Shown: one piece after another, positions 1 to 10,953 of the stretch | How the letters are laid out: each line of letters starts with the position of its first letter | How positions within the stretch are numbered: the stretch's first letter is position 1 | DNA from: Bacteroidia bacterium | Lineage (GTDB): Bacteria; Bacteroidota; Bacteroidia; NS11-12g; UBA9320 | Reading direction: 5' to 3' | Assembly (NCBI GenBank): GCA_965216465.1 | Contig: CBDCFW010000006.1 | Span: 192,001 to 256,000, forward strand | Length of the DNA: 64,000 nucleotides | The notes under the pieces: model-generated | What the model was told of the DNA's origin: nothing | What the model saw: the letters and a program-made list of their open reading frames with translations, nothing else | Database searches by the model: none | Translations under genes and position numbers: made by a program

Positions 1-27
1 TCATTTGACTTTTCTTTAAAATTTAAC

Positions 28-1980
28 TTATCGTCTGCGTGACGGGCTTGAGCTTCTGCTCGGCGAACTACTTCTTGCAGGTGAACTACTCCGTGAAGGA
101 GATCTATAACTCGGAGATGAACTGCGAGAAGGCGAACTGCTTCTTGAAGGTGTTCTGTACGAATTGCTACTTCGTGATGGGGAACTGCTTCTTGAAGGTG
201 CTTTATACGTATTGCTACTTCGCGATGGAGAGCTGCTTCGTGATGGCGTTCTGTACGAATTGCTACTTCGCGATGGCGAGCTGCTTCTTGAAGGTGTTTT
301 ATACGTATTGCCACTTCGCGATGGCGAACTGCTTCGCGATGGTGTTTTATACGTATTACTACTTCGTGATGGCGAACTGTTTCGCGATGGTGTTTTATAC
401 GTATTACTACTTCGCGATGGCGAACTGCTTCTCGAAGGTGTTTTATACGTATTGCTGCTTCGTGACGGCGTACTGCTTCTTGAAGGTGTTTTATACGTAT
501 TACTACTTCGCGATGGCGTACTGCTTCTCGAAGGTGTTTTATACGTATTGCTGCTTCGTGACGGCGTACTGCTTCGCGATGGTGTTTTATACGTATTACT
601 ACTTCGCGATGGCGAACTGCTTCTCGAAGGAGTTGTATACGTATTACTGCTTCGTGAAGGTGAGCTACTACGAGTAGGAGTTTTATACGTATTGCTTGTT
701 GAAGCAGGAGTGCTAGAATTTGATTGCGTTCTATACTTTGTACTTGGAGCAGACACGTTGCTTCTGGTATTTGCACCTTGCACGGATGTAGTGTTACTTG
801 AAGTTCTATACTTCGTATTTGAGTTCACACTCGCTCTGGTATTATTTGTAGAAGTAGGAGTATTGGTACTCACTCTAGTTCCAGCACTAGACCTTGTATT
901 TGCAGGCACATTTGATACTGTAGACTGCTTAGGAGTGTTATTTACATTGGCTTGCTGACTTCGAGTTGTCATAACGCGTTCAGGATTCATTCCATTTGGA
1001 TCGATCACATCAGTGTGCACACCTCCATTTGTAGAAACGACACGTTGACCTCCAGGTCTTCGCGTTTGAGCAGGACCTCCAGAATTTGAATTATTGTTTG
1101 TGCCTATACGTTGTCTTGGACTGTTTGCTGCACGATTGTAACGGTCGCTGTTTGCAACTCCGGCTGTAGTCGATCCAGAACTATAATATCCTTGAGAACC
1201 CCATCTTCCTGTTCTTCCCCAGCGATTACGATTGTTTCCATAGTATCCCCAGTTGTTACCATACCAACCACCTCTTGAGTAATAGTTGCAATTCCAACCT
1301 CCGGTATTCCAACCATAGCCCCAAGTGTTCCAACCGTATGCTCGGTTATTCCAACAGTAGTTATTGTTCCATCCATAAGGATTTCCCCAATAAGGGTTAC
1401 CCCAGTAAGGATTCCCCCATGAATATCCAACATACCAGCCGTTCCAACTGTTCCATCCGACATTCCATCCTCTATTCCAACCGCGGTTCCAGCCACGATT
1501 CCAGCCGTTGTTCCAGCCATACCAACCATTGCCATAAAACCATGGATCATAGGCCCAATCGTTATAGTATCTGTTATATCTTCTTCCGTAACGCCAATTG
1601 TAGTCGTCACCGTCATTATATCCATCGCGATAGCCATCTACATAGCCTTGCTCATAAGAATACTCAAATTCTTCACCCCTGAAACGACGTATAGATTGTT
1701 CGTAGTCGATTCTTTCTTCTTCAACTTCAGCATAATCTTCGGTCGGGAATGTTCCTTCATCGTCAACTGGAGCTACATCATTATATTGAACTTCAGGTTG
1801 AGGAGCGGGTGCTGGCTCAGGTGTATACTTTTGAGGAGCAGGTTGTGGTGCATTTTGTACAACTACAACATCATCTTCAGGTGTGTAATACACATCGTCA
1901 TACGTGTTCGTTGTGAGCTTGTTGCTGCTGCAACTTGCTAGAAATATGGCGGCTAGCGAGAGATAATAATATATTTTCAT
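28..1980 (-). CDS. Lipoprotein with long low-complexity regions (acidic, Y/W/G/N-rich, then Ser/Arg/Pro repeats), divergent from proS
   Basis: Lipobox FLASC after MKIYYYLS (ATG at 1980 preferred to TTG at 1989); YDDVYY motif; block composition read from the translation. Confidence 0.85.
   Translation of the reverse strand: MKIYYYLSLAAIFLASCSSNKLTTNTYDDVYYTPEDDVVVVQNAPQPAPQKYTPEPAPAPQPEVQYNDVAPVDDEGTFPTEDYAEVEEERIDYEQSIRRFRGEEFEYSYEQGYVDGYRDGYNDGDDYNWRYGRRYNRYYNDWAYDPWFYGNGWYGWNNGWNRGWNRGWNRGWNVGWNSWNGWYVGYSWGNPYWGNPYWGNPYGWNNNYCWNNRAYGWNTWGYGWNTGGWNCNYYSRGGWYGNNWGYYGNNRNRWGRTGRWGSQGYYSSGSTTAGVANSDRYNRAANSPRQRIGTNNNSNSGGPAQTRRPGGQRVVSTNGGVHTDVIDPNGMNPERVMTTRSQQANVNNTPKQSTVSNVPANTRSSAGTRVSTNTPTSTNNTRASVNSNTKYRTSSNTTSVQGANTRSNVSAPSTKYRTQSNSSTPASTSNTYKTPTRSSSPSRSSNTYTTPSRSSSPSRSSNTYKTPSRSSTPSRSSNTYKTPSRSSTPSRSSNTYKTPSRSSTPSRSSNTYKTPSRSSSPSRSSNTYKTPSRNSSPSRSSNTYKTPSRSSSPSRSGNTYKTPSRSSSPSRSSNSYRTPSRSSSPSRSSNTYKAPSRSSSPSRSSNSYRTPSRSSSPSRSSSPSYRSPSRSSSPARSSSPSRSSSPSRRR
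118..693 (-). repeat. Coding tandem repeat, 12 x 48 bp (16-aa unit NTYKTPSRSS[S/T]PSRSS)
   Basis: ggtgtttt recurs at 293, 341 and 389 (period 48); 12 units counted in the translation. Confidence 0.95.
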
Positions 1981-2060
1981 CGTGTACAAATTTTAATTTA
2001 ACAGAACAGCTTAATTTTGCTGCCACTTAATAAGATTCAAAACATATACCAAATAAATTA

Positions 2061-3539
2061 ATGGCATTTGAAAAGGTAACAAGAGAGCAAGATTATTCGA
2101 AATGGTATAACAACCTGGTTGAAGGTGCAGATCTCGCACAACACAGTTCGGTTAGAGGATGTATGGTGATTAAACCATATGGTTATGCTATTTGGGAAAA
2201 AATGCAACAAGAGTTAGATCGAAGGTTTAAAGAAACAGGTCATCAGAACGCATACTTCCCCTTGTTCGTTCCCAAAAGTTTATTCGAAGCTGAAGAAAAG
2301 AATGCTGAAGGATTTGCTAAGGAATGTGCCGTTGTAACGCACTATCGATTGCAAAACGACCCAGACAATGCTGGAAAATTACGTGTTGATCCAGAGGCTC
2401 GCTTAGAGGAAGAATTAGTCGTTCGTCCAACAAGTGAGGCTATTATTTGGAATACCTACAAAGGTTGGATTCAAAGTTATCGTGACCTTCCGATTCTTGT
2501 GAACCAATGGGCTAATGTGGTACGTTGGGAAATGAGAACTCGTTTATTCTTGCGAACTGCAGAATTTCTTTGGCAAGAAGGGCATACTGCTCACGCTACA
2601 AAACAAGAAGCGATTGATGAAACCAAGCAAATGCTGGATGTATATGCCGAATTTGCGGAAACTGTTTTGGCTATTCCAACAATAAAAGGTAGAAAAACAG
2701 AGAATGAAAGGTTCGCCGGTGCAGATGACACATTGTGTATTGAAGGCTTAATGCAAGATGGTAAAGCATTGCAGATGGGTACTTCACATTTTTTAGGTCA
2801 AAATTTTGCGAAGGCTTTTGATGTTAAGTTTACTAACAGAGAAGGAAAACAAGATCACGTATGGGCAACCAGCTGGGGTGTTAGTACACGTTTAATGGGA
2901 GCTTTAATTATGACTCATAGCGATGATGAGGGTTTAGTGCTTCCACCAAACTTAGCGCCTATTCAAATTGTAATTGTGCCTATTTATAGAGGACTTGAGC
3001 AACTCAACTCCATTTATGACAAAATGGAGCCTATCATCAAAAACCTTAAAGCAAAAGGAATTTCGGTAAAATTTGATGACCGTGACACGCATAAGCCAGG
3101 ATTCAAATTTGCTGAGTGGGAACTTAAAGGAGTTCCACTGCGTGTGGCTATCGGACCAAGAGATTTGAAGAACGGAACCGTTGAAGTTGCGCGAAGAGAC
3201 ACCAAAGAAAAGCAAGTTCTGGAAATGGTGGATATTGAAAATAAGCTTGAGCATCTACTTGAAGCTATGCAAAAAGAAATCTACTTAAAGGCACTGAACT
3301 ATAGAGACAATCATATTACATTGGTTAACACCTGGGATGAGTTTACAGAAGCATTAGAAAACAAAACTGGCTTCATTTCAGCACATTGGGATGGAACAAA
3401 CGAAACAGAAGACAAAATCAAGGAGCTGACTAAGGCCACTATTCGTTGTATCCCATTTGACAATCCACAAGAAGAGGGAAAATGTGTTCTTACAGGAAAT
3501 CCGAGTAAAGAACGTGTGCTATTTGCGAAAGCTTATTAA
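2061..3539 (+). CDS. proS: Proline--tRNA ligase (archaeal/eukaryote-like type)
   Basis: [39 protein letters not shown]-terminal FAKAY. Confidence 0.98.
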   Translation: MAFEKVTREQDYSKWYNNLVEGADLAQHSSVRGCMVIKPYGYAIWEKMQQELDRRFKETGHQNAYFPLFVPKSLFEAEEKNAEGFAKECAVVTHYRLQNDPDNAGKLRVDPEARLEEELVVRPTSEAIIWNTYKGWIQSYRDLPILVNQWANVVRWEMRTRLFLRTAEFLWQEGHTAHATKQEAIDETKQMLDVYAEFAETVLAIPTIKGRKTENERFAGADDTLCIEGLMQDGKALQMGTSHFLGQNFAKAFDVKFTNREGKQDHVWATSWGVSTRLMGALIMTHSDDEGLVLPPNLAPIQIVIVPIYRGLEQLNSIYDKMEPIIKNLKAKGISVKFDDRDTHKPGFKFAEWELKGVPLRVAIGPRDLKNGTVEVARRDTKEKQVLEMVDIENKLEHLLEAMQKEIYLKALNYRDNHITLVNTWDEFTEALENKTGFISAHWDGTNETEDKIKELTKATIRCIPFDNPQEEGKCVLTGNPSKERVLFAKAY

Positions 3540-3623
3540 ATCGATGCAGTTAGCATTGATGTCAATCTTTAATTCAAGATTGATCCAATTGAGAGTTCAT
3601 TATTTGCTTTAATTTTGAAGATA

Positions 3624-4256
3624 ATGACCCGCGTTATTTTTATCGATGACCACAAAATCATTACAGATGGACTTGAGTCGCTCTTAAGGGATGTTGCAAA
3701 CGTTTCAGTAGTAGGGATATTTCAAGTACCGCAAGACGCAATCGATTTTTTGGATAAAAATCAGGTCGATTTAGTATTTACCGATCAGGATATGCCGGGT
3801 TTTCGAGGCGAAGATATTCTAGCTTATTGTAAATCGAAGTTCCCACGTACCAAGGTCATCTTTCTCACCATGTACAACGAGAAAGCACTTATTCAGCACT
3901 TAATCAAACTCGGAGCGGATGGATATTTAGTAAAAAGTTCTGGGAAAGAGACGATTTTAAATGCGATTGAAACAGTTATGCATGGAGGGAAATATTTCTC
4001 TGATGAAGTCATTCGGTCTTTAGTTGCTGAACCTGCTATGAACGTACCCAGACTAGTTGATGAAACTTTAAGCAAGAGAGAAATTCAAATCATTAAGCTC
4101 ATTGCTGAGGGCAATTCGAGCAAAGAAATTGGCAATTCCTTGAACATCAGCCAGCGAACAGTTGAAACACACCGCAGAAACATACAGAAGAAACTGAATA
4201 CCAATGGAATAGCTGGGATAATTCGCTACGCATTTCATCACAATCTTATTTCATAA
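3624..4256 (+). CDS. NarL/LuxR-family response regulator
   Basis: DDH, DQDMP receiver and C-terminal HTH (LSKRE...TVETHRRNI); ATG 3624 preferred because TTG 3615 lies inside a TAATTTTG promoter element. Confidence 0.95.
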   Translation: MTRVIFIDDHKIITDGLESLLRDVANVSVVGIFQVPQDAIDFLDKNQVDLVFTDQDMPGFRGEDILAYCKSKFPRTKVIFLTMYNEKALIQHLIKLGADGYLVKSSGKETILNAIETVMHGGKYFSDEVIRSLVAEPAMNVPRLVDETLSKREIQIIKLIAEGNSSKEIGNSLNISQRTVETHRRNIQKKLNTNGIAGIIRYAFHHNLIS

Positions 4257-4284
4257 TACGTATTTATACGTACTAAATTACGTA
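4257..4284. promoter_or_regulatory. Triple TACGTA site, candidate response-regulator operator
   Basis: TACGTA at 4257, 4267 and 4279, upstream of a TAATTTTG -7 element at 4318-4325. Confidence 0.55.
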
Positions 4285-4345
4285 AGAATTGCTATTTTAG
4301 TAAGGTTTAACAGGCTCTAATTTTGAGCCATCAAAGTCTAATCGT

Positions 4346-6094
4346 ATGAAACATCTATTAACCATTGCGGTTGCATGCATTTGCTTTTTACCGCTTCAAG
4401 CCCAAACATTAAAAGACAAAGTAAAATTAAAAACACAGGGCCAAGAAAAATTTGAAAACTATAAATGTGGCTACGTTCACGAGGAGTCAGTAAAGGAGAA
4501 AATGAATCCAATGAAGGCCTTGCAAAAGAGTATGGGGTCGGCAGTATCAAGTGCTAGTAAATCTGACTTGGGAACAGCTTCAATATCTGTTTTTTATCAA
4601 GCACATCTGCATCCTCAAAACATTATGAGGTATCCAACAAAAACCCCTGGCTGGGAAACCTGTGGCGATGCTGTATTTTTAGGCTTCACCAACAAAAGTG
4701 GAATTGGACTTTGTTCAACTGACGGAGAAGTTACGGTTGAAAATCAAACTATTCCTTATGCTGGAATTGGAACTTATTTTCATGGGTTTTCTCCTGAAAA
4801 AAGAGGGAATAAAAAGGTTCTTATAACCAGTAGCAATGGAGACAATATTGAGCTAGAAATTGAACCAGCACAAAGTTTAGAAATTTTGTCGATTGATGGT
4901 TTGCCAAAGGGAGAAGTTGCTGAGCTCGATGGTTCGAAAGACATTGTTGTTGAGTTAGCCAACGGTGATGCTGATCCAAAATCTCAGCTGCATGTACAGC
5001 TGGTTTGTAAATTAATGGGAACACCTATTATTTACGACTTACTGGTCACTCAAGCAAAGAACAAGATAGTAATTCCTAAGGAGTCATTTTACAATTTTGA
5101 GGGATCTCCTAGCCCTTTTGCCAAAACAAATACCTTGATTGTAAACCGTGTAACTGAAACGTTGGTAGAGAAAACGGATGCCGGTGCACTTAGAACTATA
5201 AGTGCATATATGGATTGGGCTCCCGTAAAGGTTTCAGGAGACATCGCAAATGGCAATGTGCTAACTATGGGTTTTGATACAACCAAGAACACACAGATGA
5301 ATTTAAATGTGAAAAATGAAGGCAATTATACCCTTAATTTAAAGAAGGGTAATCCGTATACGTCTGCACCACTAACACAAATGAAATCTGTGGCAATTGC
5401 ATCTTTTGTTGTTCGAGGTAATTTATCTTCAAAGCAGGTTTCAGCTACTGAAGACTGGACCGTTGAAACGACGAAATGGTTTCCTGAACTTAGTGACCAA
5501 AATTGGCAAATGCTTTCAAATAAGATGTACGATCAATTTGTGACCCACCTTTCTAACATGGGAATTCAAGTGATAAACAGCAACGATGTTGTTAACTCTG
5601 AGGCTTATAACCATATCAAATCTATACAGGATGGAGCGACCAAAAATTTTGTTGAAGTTGGAGCATATGGCACCAAAAGAATACTCACTACGAGTGGCGA
5701 CGACATAATGGAAGATCTTAGTATTTCATTTCCCAGTGATTTTATAAGTGAGCGACTTATTAGTGAACTAGAAGTAGATGGTGTTCTTGCCGTAACCTTT
5801 GACCTTGATTTCAATTTTGAAACGGAAGGTTTAGACCCTAAAGTGAGTGTACAAGCTTTTGCTCCTAATGTGAGTTATAAAACTGCCGCGAATTACTTTA
5901 AGGTCTCAGCATATGCTGATTCAAGATCGTTAAAGGAAAGTAAAGAAATTCCAGGACCAGTTCACGACATTTTGTATGAAATGATAAAAGGGGATGCATT
6001 CTTTCGGCAATTGGAAGAGGCTATGACATCACTAATGACATTGGAAAATAAAAACCCTGCCTACATCAACATATGGAAAGCAAAATCTAATTAA
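4346..6094 (+). CDS. Exported protein of unknown function
   Basis: 582-aa ORF with Sec signal peptide (LQA-Q); no motif recognised. Confidence 0.75.
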   Translation: MKHLLTIAVACICFLPLQAQTLKDKVKLKTQGQEKFENYKCGYVHEESVKEKMNPMKALQKSMGSAVSSASKSDLGTASISVFYQAHLHPQNIMRYPTKTPGWETCGDAVFLGFTNKSGIGLCSTDGEVTVENQTIPYAGIGTYFHGFSPEKRGNKKVLITSSNGDNIELEIEPAQSLEILSIDGLPKGEVAELDGSKDIVVELANGDADPKSQLHVQLVCKLMGTPIIYDLLVTQAKNKIVIPKESFYNFEGSPSPFAKTNTLIVNRVTETLVEKTDAGALRTISAYMDWAPVKVSGDIANGNVLTMGFDTTKNTQMNLNVKNEGNYTLNLKKGNPYTSAPLTQMKSVAIASFVVRGNLSSKQVSATEDWTVETTKWFPELSDQNWQMLSNKMYDQFVTHLSNMGIQVINSNDVVNSEAYNHIKSIQDGATKNFVEVGAYGTKRILTTSGDDIMEDLSISFPSDFISERLISELEVDGVLAVTFDLDFNFETEGLDPKVSVQAFAPNVSYKTAANYFKVSAYADSRSLKESKEIPGPVHDILYEMIKGDAFFRQLEEAMTSLMTLENKNPAYINIWKAKSN

Positions 6095-6102
6095 ACAGAG
6101 AC

Positions 6103-7023
6103 ATGAAATATTTAAGCATTTTACTGATTGTAATTCCCCATTTTTTACATGGCCAAGTGGCAAAACACAAGGTTGCCTATGACGACCCTAATAAAGAAAA
6201 TTTAGCTGTATCATTTGATCTATTCACAGCAGAGTTTTATCTCGGGGATGAAGAAAAAGGAATAGAAGCCTTCGGAGGTGTCGGATATGGTTTTCAAGCC
6301 AGCTACATGAATCTTTTCAATCGTATGCAGATAGAATTAAATGGCAGAAAGAACTATACTTTTGACGGTGACTTGCCTACAAGTTATTTTGATGCTGGAT
6401 TTTCACTAGATCTATCACAAAAAAGTAAAAGCACAAAAACTACTTTGCAGTTGGGCAGTGCAGGTAACAACAAAGTAAGGGTGTTAACCGGAGTAGGCCT
6501 TACTCAAATGAACAGGTTTAGGGTTCGAGGGGGAATAACCTATACCAATGCCCGGGTTGATGTCCCAAAAGGGTTGGGTATCCTACTGGGTCAAGCTCAA
6601 GTAAAAAGAGCTGGAGTTTATGGTGGTTTAGAGTATAGTTCAAACACCAATTTTAAAACCAACGTATTTGGCTATGGAGATAGACGCGACAAAACCATGT
6701 TTCGCCTCTATGGCGATGTAATTGTTACACCTATTGGAGGATATGGAGACGAACTGGCCACTGGACTTGGTGGGCGTACCATGGTACCAATCACAGACAA
6801 TCTCAGAGAACAATTAGATTCTTCAGGAATGACAACTTCTTTTGGTTATCGCGTTGGGGTTAAATATGTTTTTTCATTTCCCAACGGTATCAATATTAAC
6901 ACCGACGGCTTTGTTGGAATAAAACCTCCATTTGTTGGCTTTTATACCTATATCGGGACCGGAATTACAATTAACATTGCTACAGCCTTTCAGAAGAACA
7001 GTGAAGCAAAACTGGAAGAATAG
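6103..7023 (+). CDS. Probable outer-membrane beta-barrel protein of unknown function
   Basis: Signal peptide; alternating Gly/aromatic beta-strand pattern throughout. Confidence 0.6.
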   Translation: MKYLSILLIVIPHFLHGQVAKHKVAYDDPNKENLAVSFDLFTAEFYLGDEEKGIEAFGGVGYGFQASYMNLFNRMQIELNGRKNYTFDGDLPTSYFDAGFSLDLSQKSKSTKTTLQLGSAGNNKVRVLTGVGLTQMNRFRVRGGITYTNARVDVPKGLGILLGQAQVKRAGVYGGLEYSSNTNFKTNVFGYGDRRDKTMFRLYGDVIVTPIGGYGDELATGLGGRTMVPITDNLREQLDSSGMTTSFGYRVGVKYVFSFPNGININTDGFVGIKPPFVGFYTYIGTGITINIATAFQKNSEAKLEE

Positions 7024-7049
7024 ACTAATTTAGTGCTTCTATAAAAGCC

Positions 7050-8873
7050 GTGAACTCCCAATTCAAATCGATTTTAATTGCATCCGTGTTGGGTATGTGG
7101 TCATTAGTTCAATCCGTTTATGCTCAATATGATTCTTCTGATGCACATCAAGATGGATTTGAGGTAAATTCATACAACACTTTCATGTTGGATAGTTTGT
7201 ATCTTCTAAACCAACAGGGAAACTGGATAGAGACTCATCGATTGTACGAATGGAGTCAAAGTTTAGATCCATCAACGTTTGACAAGAATGATTCGATCGG
7301 GTATTATCTAGCCGTAGGTGGTTACTGCTATAAAAACGGTGAAATTGAAAAGGCAAATTCATATTATGAAGCGGTTGCACATATAGCAACGCAATCAGAT
7401 GACAACAAACTTTTGGGAATCGTTCACATTGCCTTTGGTAATCTTCATTATTACTTAAAAGACATATCTACGGCCATCGAGTTTTACGACTTAGTTACTA
7501 AAAATGAGGATGCTTCTTCTTATTCCAGAGCGGCGGCAGCACACAACACAGGTGCGTTAATGTATGAATTGTTTCAATCCGACTCAACAGGGATGAATAA
7601 TCCTCAAAAACGCAATGAAATTGAGAGTTATTTAAGGCAAGCTATCCAATTGCACAAAGAAAATCAAAATGATATTGGACTTGCCGCAACATATAGTGTC
7701 ATTGTGCCGTGGTTTGGACTAATTTCGAACTTCGATAGTGCTTATAGCTATGCTGAACAAAGTATAGAACTGAGTCAATCGTTAATGATTCCTGGGAGAA
7801 CAGCGTTTGCACAGATTAATTATGCTCGTGTATTGGTATGGGACGGCAAACCAGAACGAGCCATAGCTCGGCTTGATTCGGCAATAGCCTTTTATGATTC
7901 TGTTAAAAATCTAGAACAACTAGCACATGGATTAAGAATAAAATCATGGGCTTACGATTCGCTAGGTGAATATAAAAAAGCATTCGAAGCTGTTCGCAAA
8001 GTAAATGAAATATTACGCGAAGAATGGCCTGAAAAGCTCCGTGAAAAAGTAGCGCAGAACAAAGCTAAAAATGACTATTTCAAGGTTGAAAGTCAAAATG
8101 CTCAACTTGAACTATCGAATGCGAAATCAAGACTTGTAAATCAGCGATTAAAGTTTGCTCTAATTCTAATTTCCATTGCTGTTATTCTAATCTATCTATT
8201 TTATAGAAATCGCATAAAGTCAAGAGAATTACAGCTTAAACTGGAGCGGCTGAAGCATAAAGACCAAATTATTAAGACCACCTTAGAAGCTGAAGAAAGC
8301 GAGCGAAACAGAATAGCTATGGAGCTTCACGACGGAGTTGGTCAACAACTTTCTAGTCTTATGATGAGGATTGAGGATAGTACATTTACCGACGTCGAAC
8401 GTAAAGAGAACCTCAAAAAGTTAATTTCGTCTGCCTCTTTTTCAATCCGTTCTATGAGTCACAAGATGATGCCATTTGCACTAAAACAATTTGGATTGAT
8501 ACAAGCACTCAAAGGTTTGACCGAGAATTTAAACGAGCAATATGAAGTTCAATTCTCATTCGAACATTTCAATATTGAAAATGTCAATCTGCCTGAATTT
8601 ACTCAAAGTAATTTGTACCGAATTGCACAGGAGGCAACAAACAATATTCTTAAACACGCTCAGGCTACTGAAGCCAGTATACAGCTATACAAACAAGCCG
8701 AAAATTTGATTCTTGCAATATCAGACAACGGAAGTGGTTTTGATACATCTCAAAACTCAAAAGGCATGGGGCTGTTTAGTATGATGAATCGAGCTGAAGC
8801 CTTGGATGGTTCTTTTCATATAGAGTCAAATGCCGCTGGAACGAATATCATTGTTAAAATCCCCCATCACTAG
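7050..8873 (+). CDS. Sensor histidine kinase with periplasmic TPR domain (HisKA_3/NarX type)
   Basis: TPR-like helices, one TM helix, ERNRIAMELHDGVGQ H-box, QEATNNILKHA N-box, DNGSGF and GMGL G-boxes. Confidence 0.93.
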   Translation: MNSQFKSILIASVLGMWSLVQSVYAQYDSSDAHQDGFEVNSYNTFMLDSLYLLNQQGNWIETHRLYEWSQSLDPSTFDKNDSIGYYLAVGGYCYKNGEIEKANSYYEAVAHIATQSDDNKLLGIVHIAFGNLHYYLKDISTAIEFYDLVTKNEDASSYSRAAAAHNTGALMYELFQSDSTGMNNPQKRNEIESYLRQAIQLHKENQNDIGLAATYSVIVPWFGLISNFDSAYSYAEQSIELSQSLMIPGRTAFAQINYARVLVWDGKPERAIARLDSAIAFYDSVKNLEQLAHGLRIKSWAYDSLGEYKKAFEAVRKVNEILREEWPEKLREKVAQNKAKNDYFKVESQNAQLELSNAKSRLVNQRLKFALILISIAVILIYLFYRNRIKSRELQLKLERLKHKDQIIKTTLEAEESERNRIAMELHDGVGQQLSSLMMRIEDSTFTDVERKENLKKLISSASFSIRSMSHKMMPFALKQFGLIQALKGLTENLNEQYEVQFSFEHFNIENVNLPEFTQSNLYRIAQEATNNILKHAQATEASIQLYKQAENLILAISDNGSGFDTSQNSKGMGLFSMMNRAEALDGSFHIESNAAGTNIIVKIPHH

Positions 8874-8947
8874 GAATGCATCATTTTGTAGATGCTGGTG
8901 ATTATTTCTTATTTGGTAAAGCTTTAAAGAATGTCTAAATTTGGTTC

Positions 8948-9328
8948 ATGAAACTCTATATACCTATCCTTATCCTTCTTTTAATAGCTGCTTGTAGTAA
9001 GACTAAAAAAGAAGCCCCAGAATTAAGTCATTACAAAGTGATTTTGAACGTTGATAGCTCATCAGCAGTATCATCATATAATCTTTATCGTAACGATAAG
9101 CTGATTTCGCAGAATGCTGCTCTCAGCTCAAGTTCAACACGTTTTAGTTTTATAGATGATGTAGAAAACACACAGCATGTTAGTTATCAAATTGAACCAA
9201 TTTACTACGACTCAACTGGCACTGTATTTTCGTTTACTGCAGAGCTAAAAGACAACAACAATAAACTCTATGATACACAGGAGGGTACAATTAACTTTGG
9301 ACAAGTAGTTACGCTAAACAGCAAATAA
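8948..9328 (+). CDS. Small lipoprotein of unknown function
   Basis: Lipobox LIAAC; TAAATTTG promoter at 8936-8943; terminator downstream. Confidence 0.75.
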   Translation: MKLYIPILILLLIAACSKTKKEAPELSHYKVILNVDSSSAVSSYNLYRNDKLISQNAALSSSSTRFSFIDDVENTQHVSYQIEPIYYDSTGTVFSFTAELKDNNNKLYDTQEGTINFGQVVTLNSK

Positions 9329-9365
9329 AAAAAATAGTCCCCAATGCCTTGGGGACTATTTTTTT
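9327..9365. terminator. Bidirectional intrinsic terminator
   Basis: ATAGTCCCCAA-tgcc-TTGGGGACTAT flanked by A and T runs between convergent genes. Confidence 0.92.
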
Positions 9366-9390
9366 ATAGTTTCAGTTTTTGATTTCTAGT

Positions 9391-10257
9391 TTATAATACC
9401 TCGATCATTTTCTTGCCGAGATGAGCAGGAGAGTCTACAACGTGAATACCGCATTCTCTCATGATTGCTTTTTTAGCTGAAGCTGTATCTTCAGCACCAC
9501 CAACAATTGCTCCGGCATGACCCATTGTTCTTCCTGCAGGTGCAGTTTCACCAGCAATAAACCCAACTACTGGTTTAGTTCCATTTTCTTTTATCCAACG
9601 AGCTGCTTCTGCCTCCATGCTTCCACCAATCTCACCAATCATAACGATACCTTCAGTTTCGTCATCTGCCATTAGTAACTCAATTGCATCTTTCATAGAA
9701 GTTCCGATAATTGGATCACCACCAATTCCGATTGCAGTGGTTTGACCTAATCCTGCTTTTGTAATTTGATCAACAGCTTCGTAGGTTAAAGTCCCTGATT
9801 TAGAAACGATTCCGATTTTACCTTTTTGAAAGATAAAGCCTGGCATAATTCCCACTTTTGCTTCTTCAGCTGTAATTATTCCAGGGCAGTTTGGACCGAT
9901 AAGTCTGCTATCTCTATCGGCAAGGTAAGATTTTACCTTTACCATGTCTGCAACAGGGATTCCTTCAGTAATACAAACAATCACTTTAATTCCTGCTTCT
10001 GCAGCTTCCATAATCGCATCTGCAGCGAATGGAGGTGGAACAAAAATGATTGAAACGTCTGCACCTGTGGTCGAAACCGCTTCTGCAACAGTGTTAAATA
10101 CAGGTTTATCAAGATGTGTTTGACCTCCTTTTCCTGGAGTTACACCACCTACTACATTCGTTCCATATTCAATCATCTGGCCAGCGTGAAATGTTCCTTC
10201 GCTACCAGTAAATCCTTGTACGATAATTTTTGAATCCTTGTTTACTAAAACTGACAT
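9391..10257 (-). CDS. sucD: Succinate--CoA ligase alpha subunit
   Basis: [27 protein letters not shown] phospho-His motif. Confidence 0.98.
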   Translation of the reverse strand: MSVLVNKDSKIIVQGFTGSEGTFHAGQMIEYGTNVVGGVTPGKGGQTHLDKPVFNTVAEAVSTTGADVSIIFVPPPFAADAIMEAAEAGIKVIVCITEGIPVADMVKVKSYLADRDSRLIGPNCPGIITAEEAKVGIMPGFIFQKGKIGIVSKSGTLTYEAVDQITKAGLGQTTAIGIGGDPIIGTSMKDAIELLMADDETEGIVMIGEIGGSMEAEAARWIKENGTKPVVGFIAGETAPAGRTMGHAGAIVGGAEDTASAKKAIMRECGIHVVDSPAHLGKKMIEVL

Positions 10258-10404
10258 TTATTAATTCGTTTTTTCGGGTGGCAAATGTATGTTTTTTAAC
10301 GAGAAGTTCTATGCAAACATTTGGTTAGTATTTATAAGTTAAGAACACGCTAATACATAGCCTATTTATTGGCCAACCAAACCAATGAAAACCAACGAAT
10401 TACT

Positions 10405-10872
10405 TTAGTTCAAGTAGGCACTATACATCCATACCAACTTTTCTCCTTCACGGATATAATCGCTCATTAGAGCATTTGTTCCTTCATCATCAGCTTTGTC
10501 TGATACGTCCAAAATTACTCGTTGTTTGATTAGAAGAATTTTATACGCTTCGAGTATTGATGCTATGGCTTCTTTACCGTCGGTAACATCAGATGTTTCT
10601 TTAATCTCTGATTCATTAAGGTAAGAAGTAAATTGATGAACCGGTGAGTGCCCTAAAGTCAAAATTCGCTCAGCAACCTCATCAATCTTAATAAATAGGT
10701 CGTTATACAACTCTTCAAACTTAGTATGTAATTCAAAGAACTTATCTCCGCGGATTTTCCAATGAAACCCTCTAGCATTTTGGTAGAAGATTGAATAATT
10801 AGCCAATAAATCGTTTAAAAGGGCAGATAATGTGTCAACTTTTTTTGCGTCTAATCCTATGTGATTTGTCAT
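10405..10872 (-). CDS. dps: Dps DNA-protection / ferritin-like protein
   Basis: FHW..G..FFELH..FEELY....DEVAERI signature. Confidence 0.95.
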   Translation of the reverse strand: MTNHIGLDAKKVDTLSALLNDLLANYSIFYQNARGFHWKIRGDKFFELHTKFEELYNDLFIKIDEVAERILTLGHSPVHQFTSYLNESEIKETSDVTDGKEAIASILEAYKILLIKQRVILDVSDKADDEGTNALMSDYIREGEKLVWMYSAYLN

Positions 10873-10953
10873 GCTTCAAAGGTACAAAGAGACCCATGCA
10901 AGATGCCATTCTAAATGCTTATAAGCCTAGAGGAAATGCGTATATTTACAGCC

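Noticed and set aside
118-693. Possible CRISPR array
   Set aside because: Contiguous in-frame tandem units with no unique spacers and no cas genes
39-958. Two long + strand ORFs (212 and 264 aa) with repetitive Cys/Tyr or Leu-rich sequence
   Set aside because: Antisense shadows of the 48-bp coding repeat; the minus-strand frame has a lipoprotein signal and spans the whole region
10370-10400. Short ACCAA repeats between sucD and dps
   Set aside because: Too short and irregular to support a regulatory or repeat call
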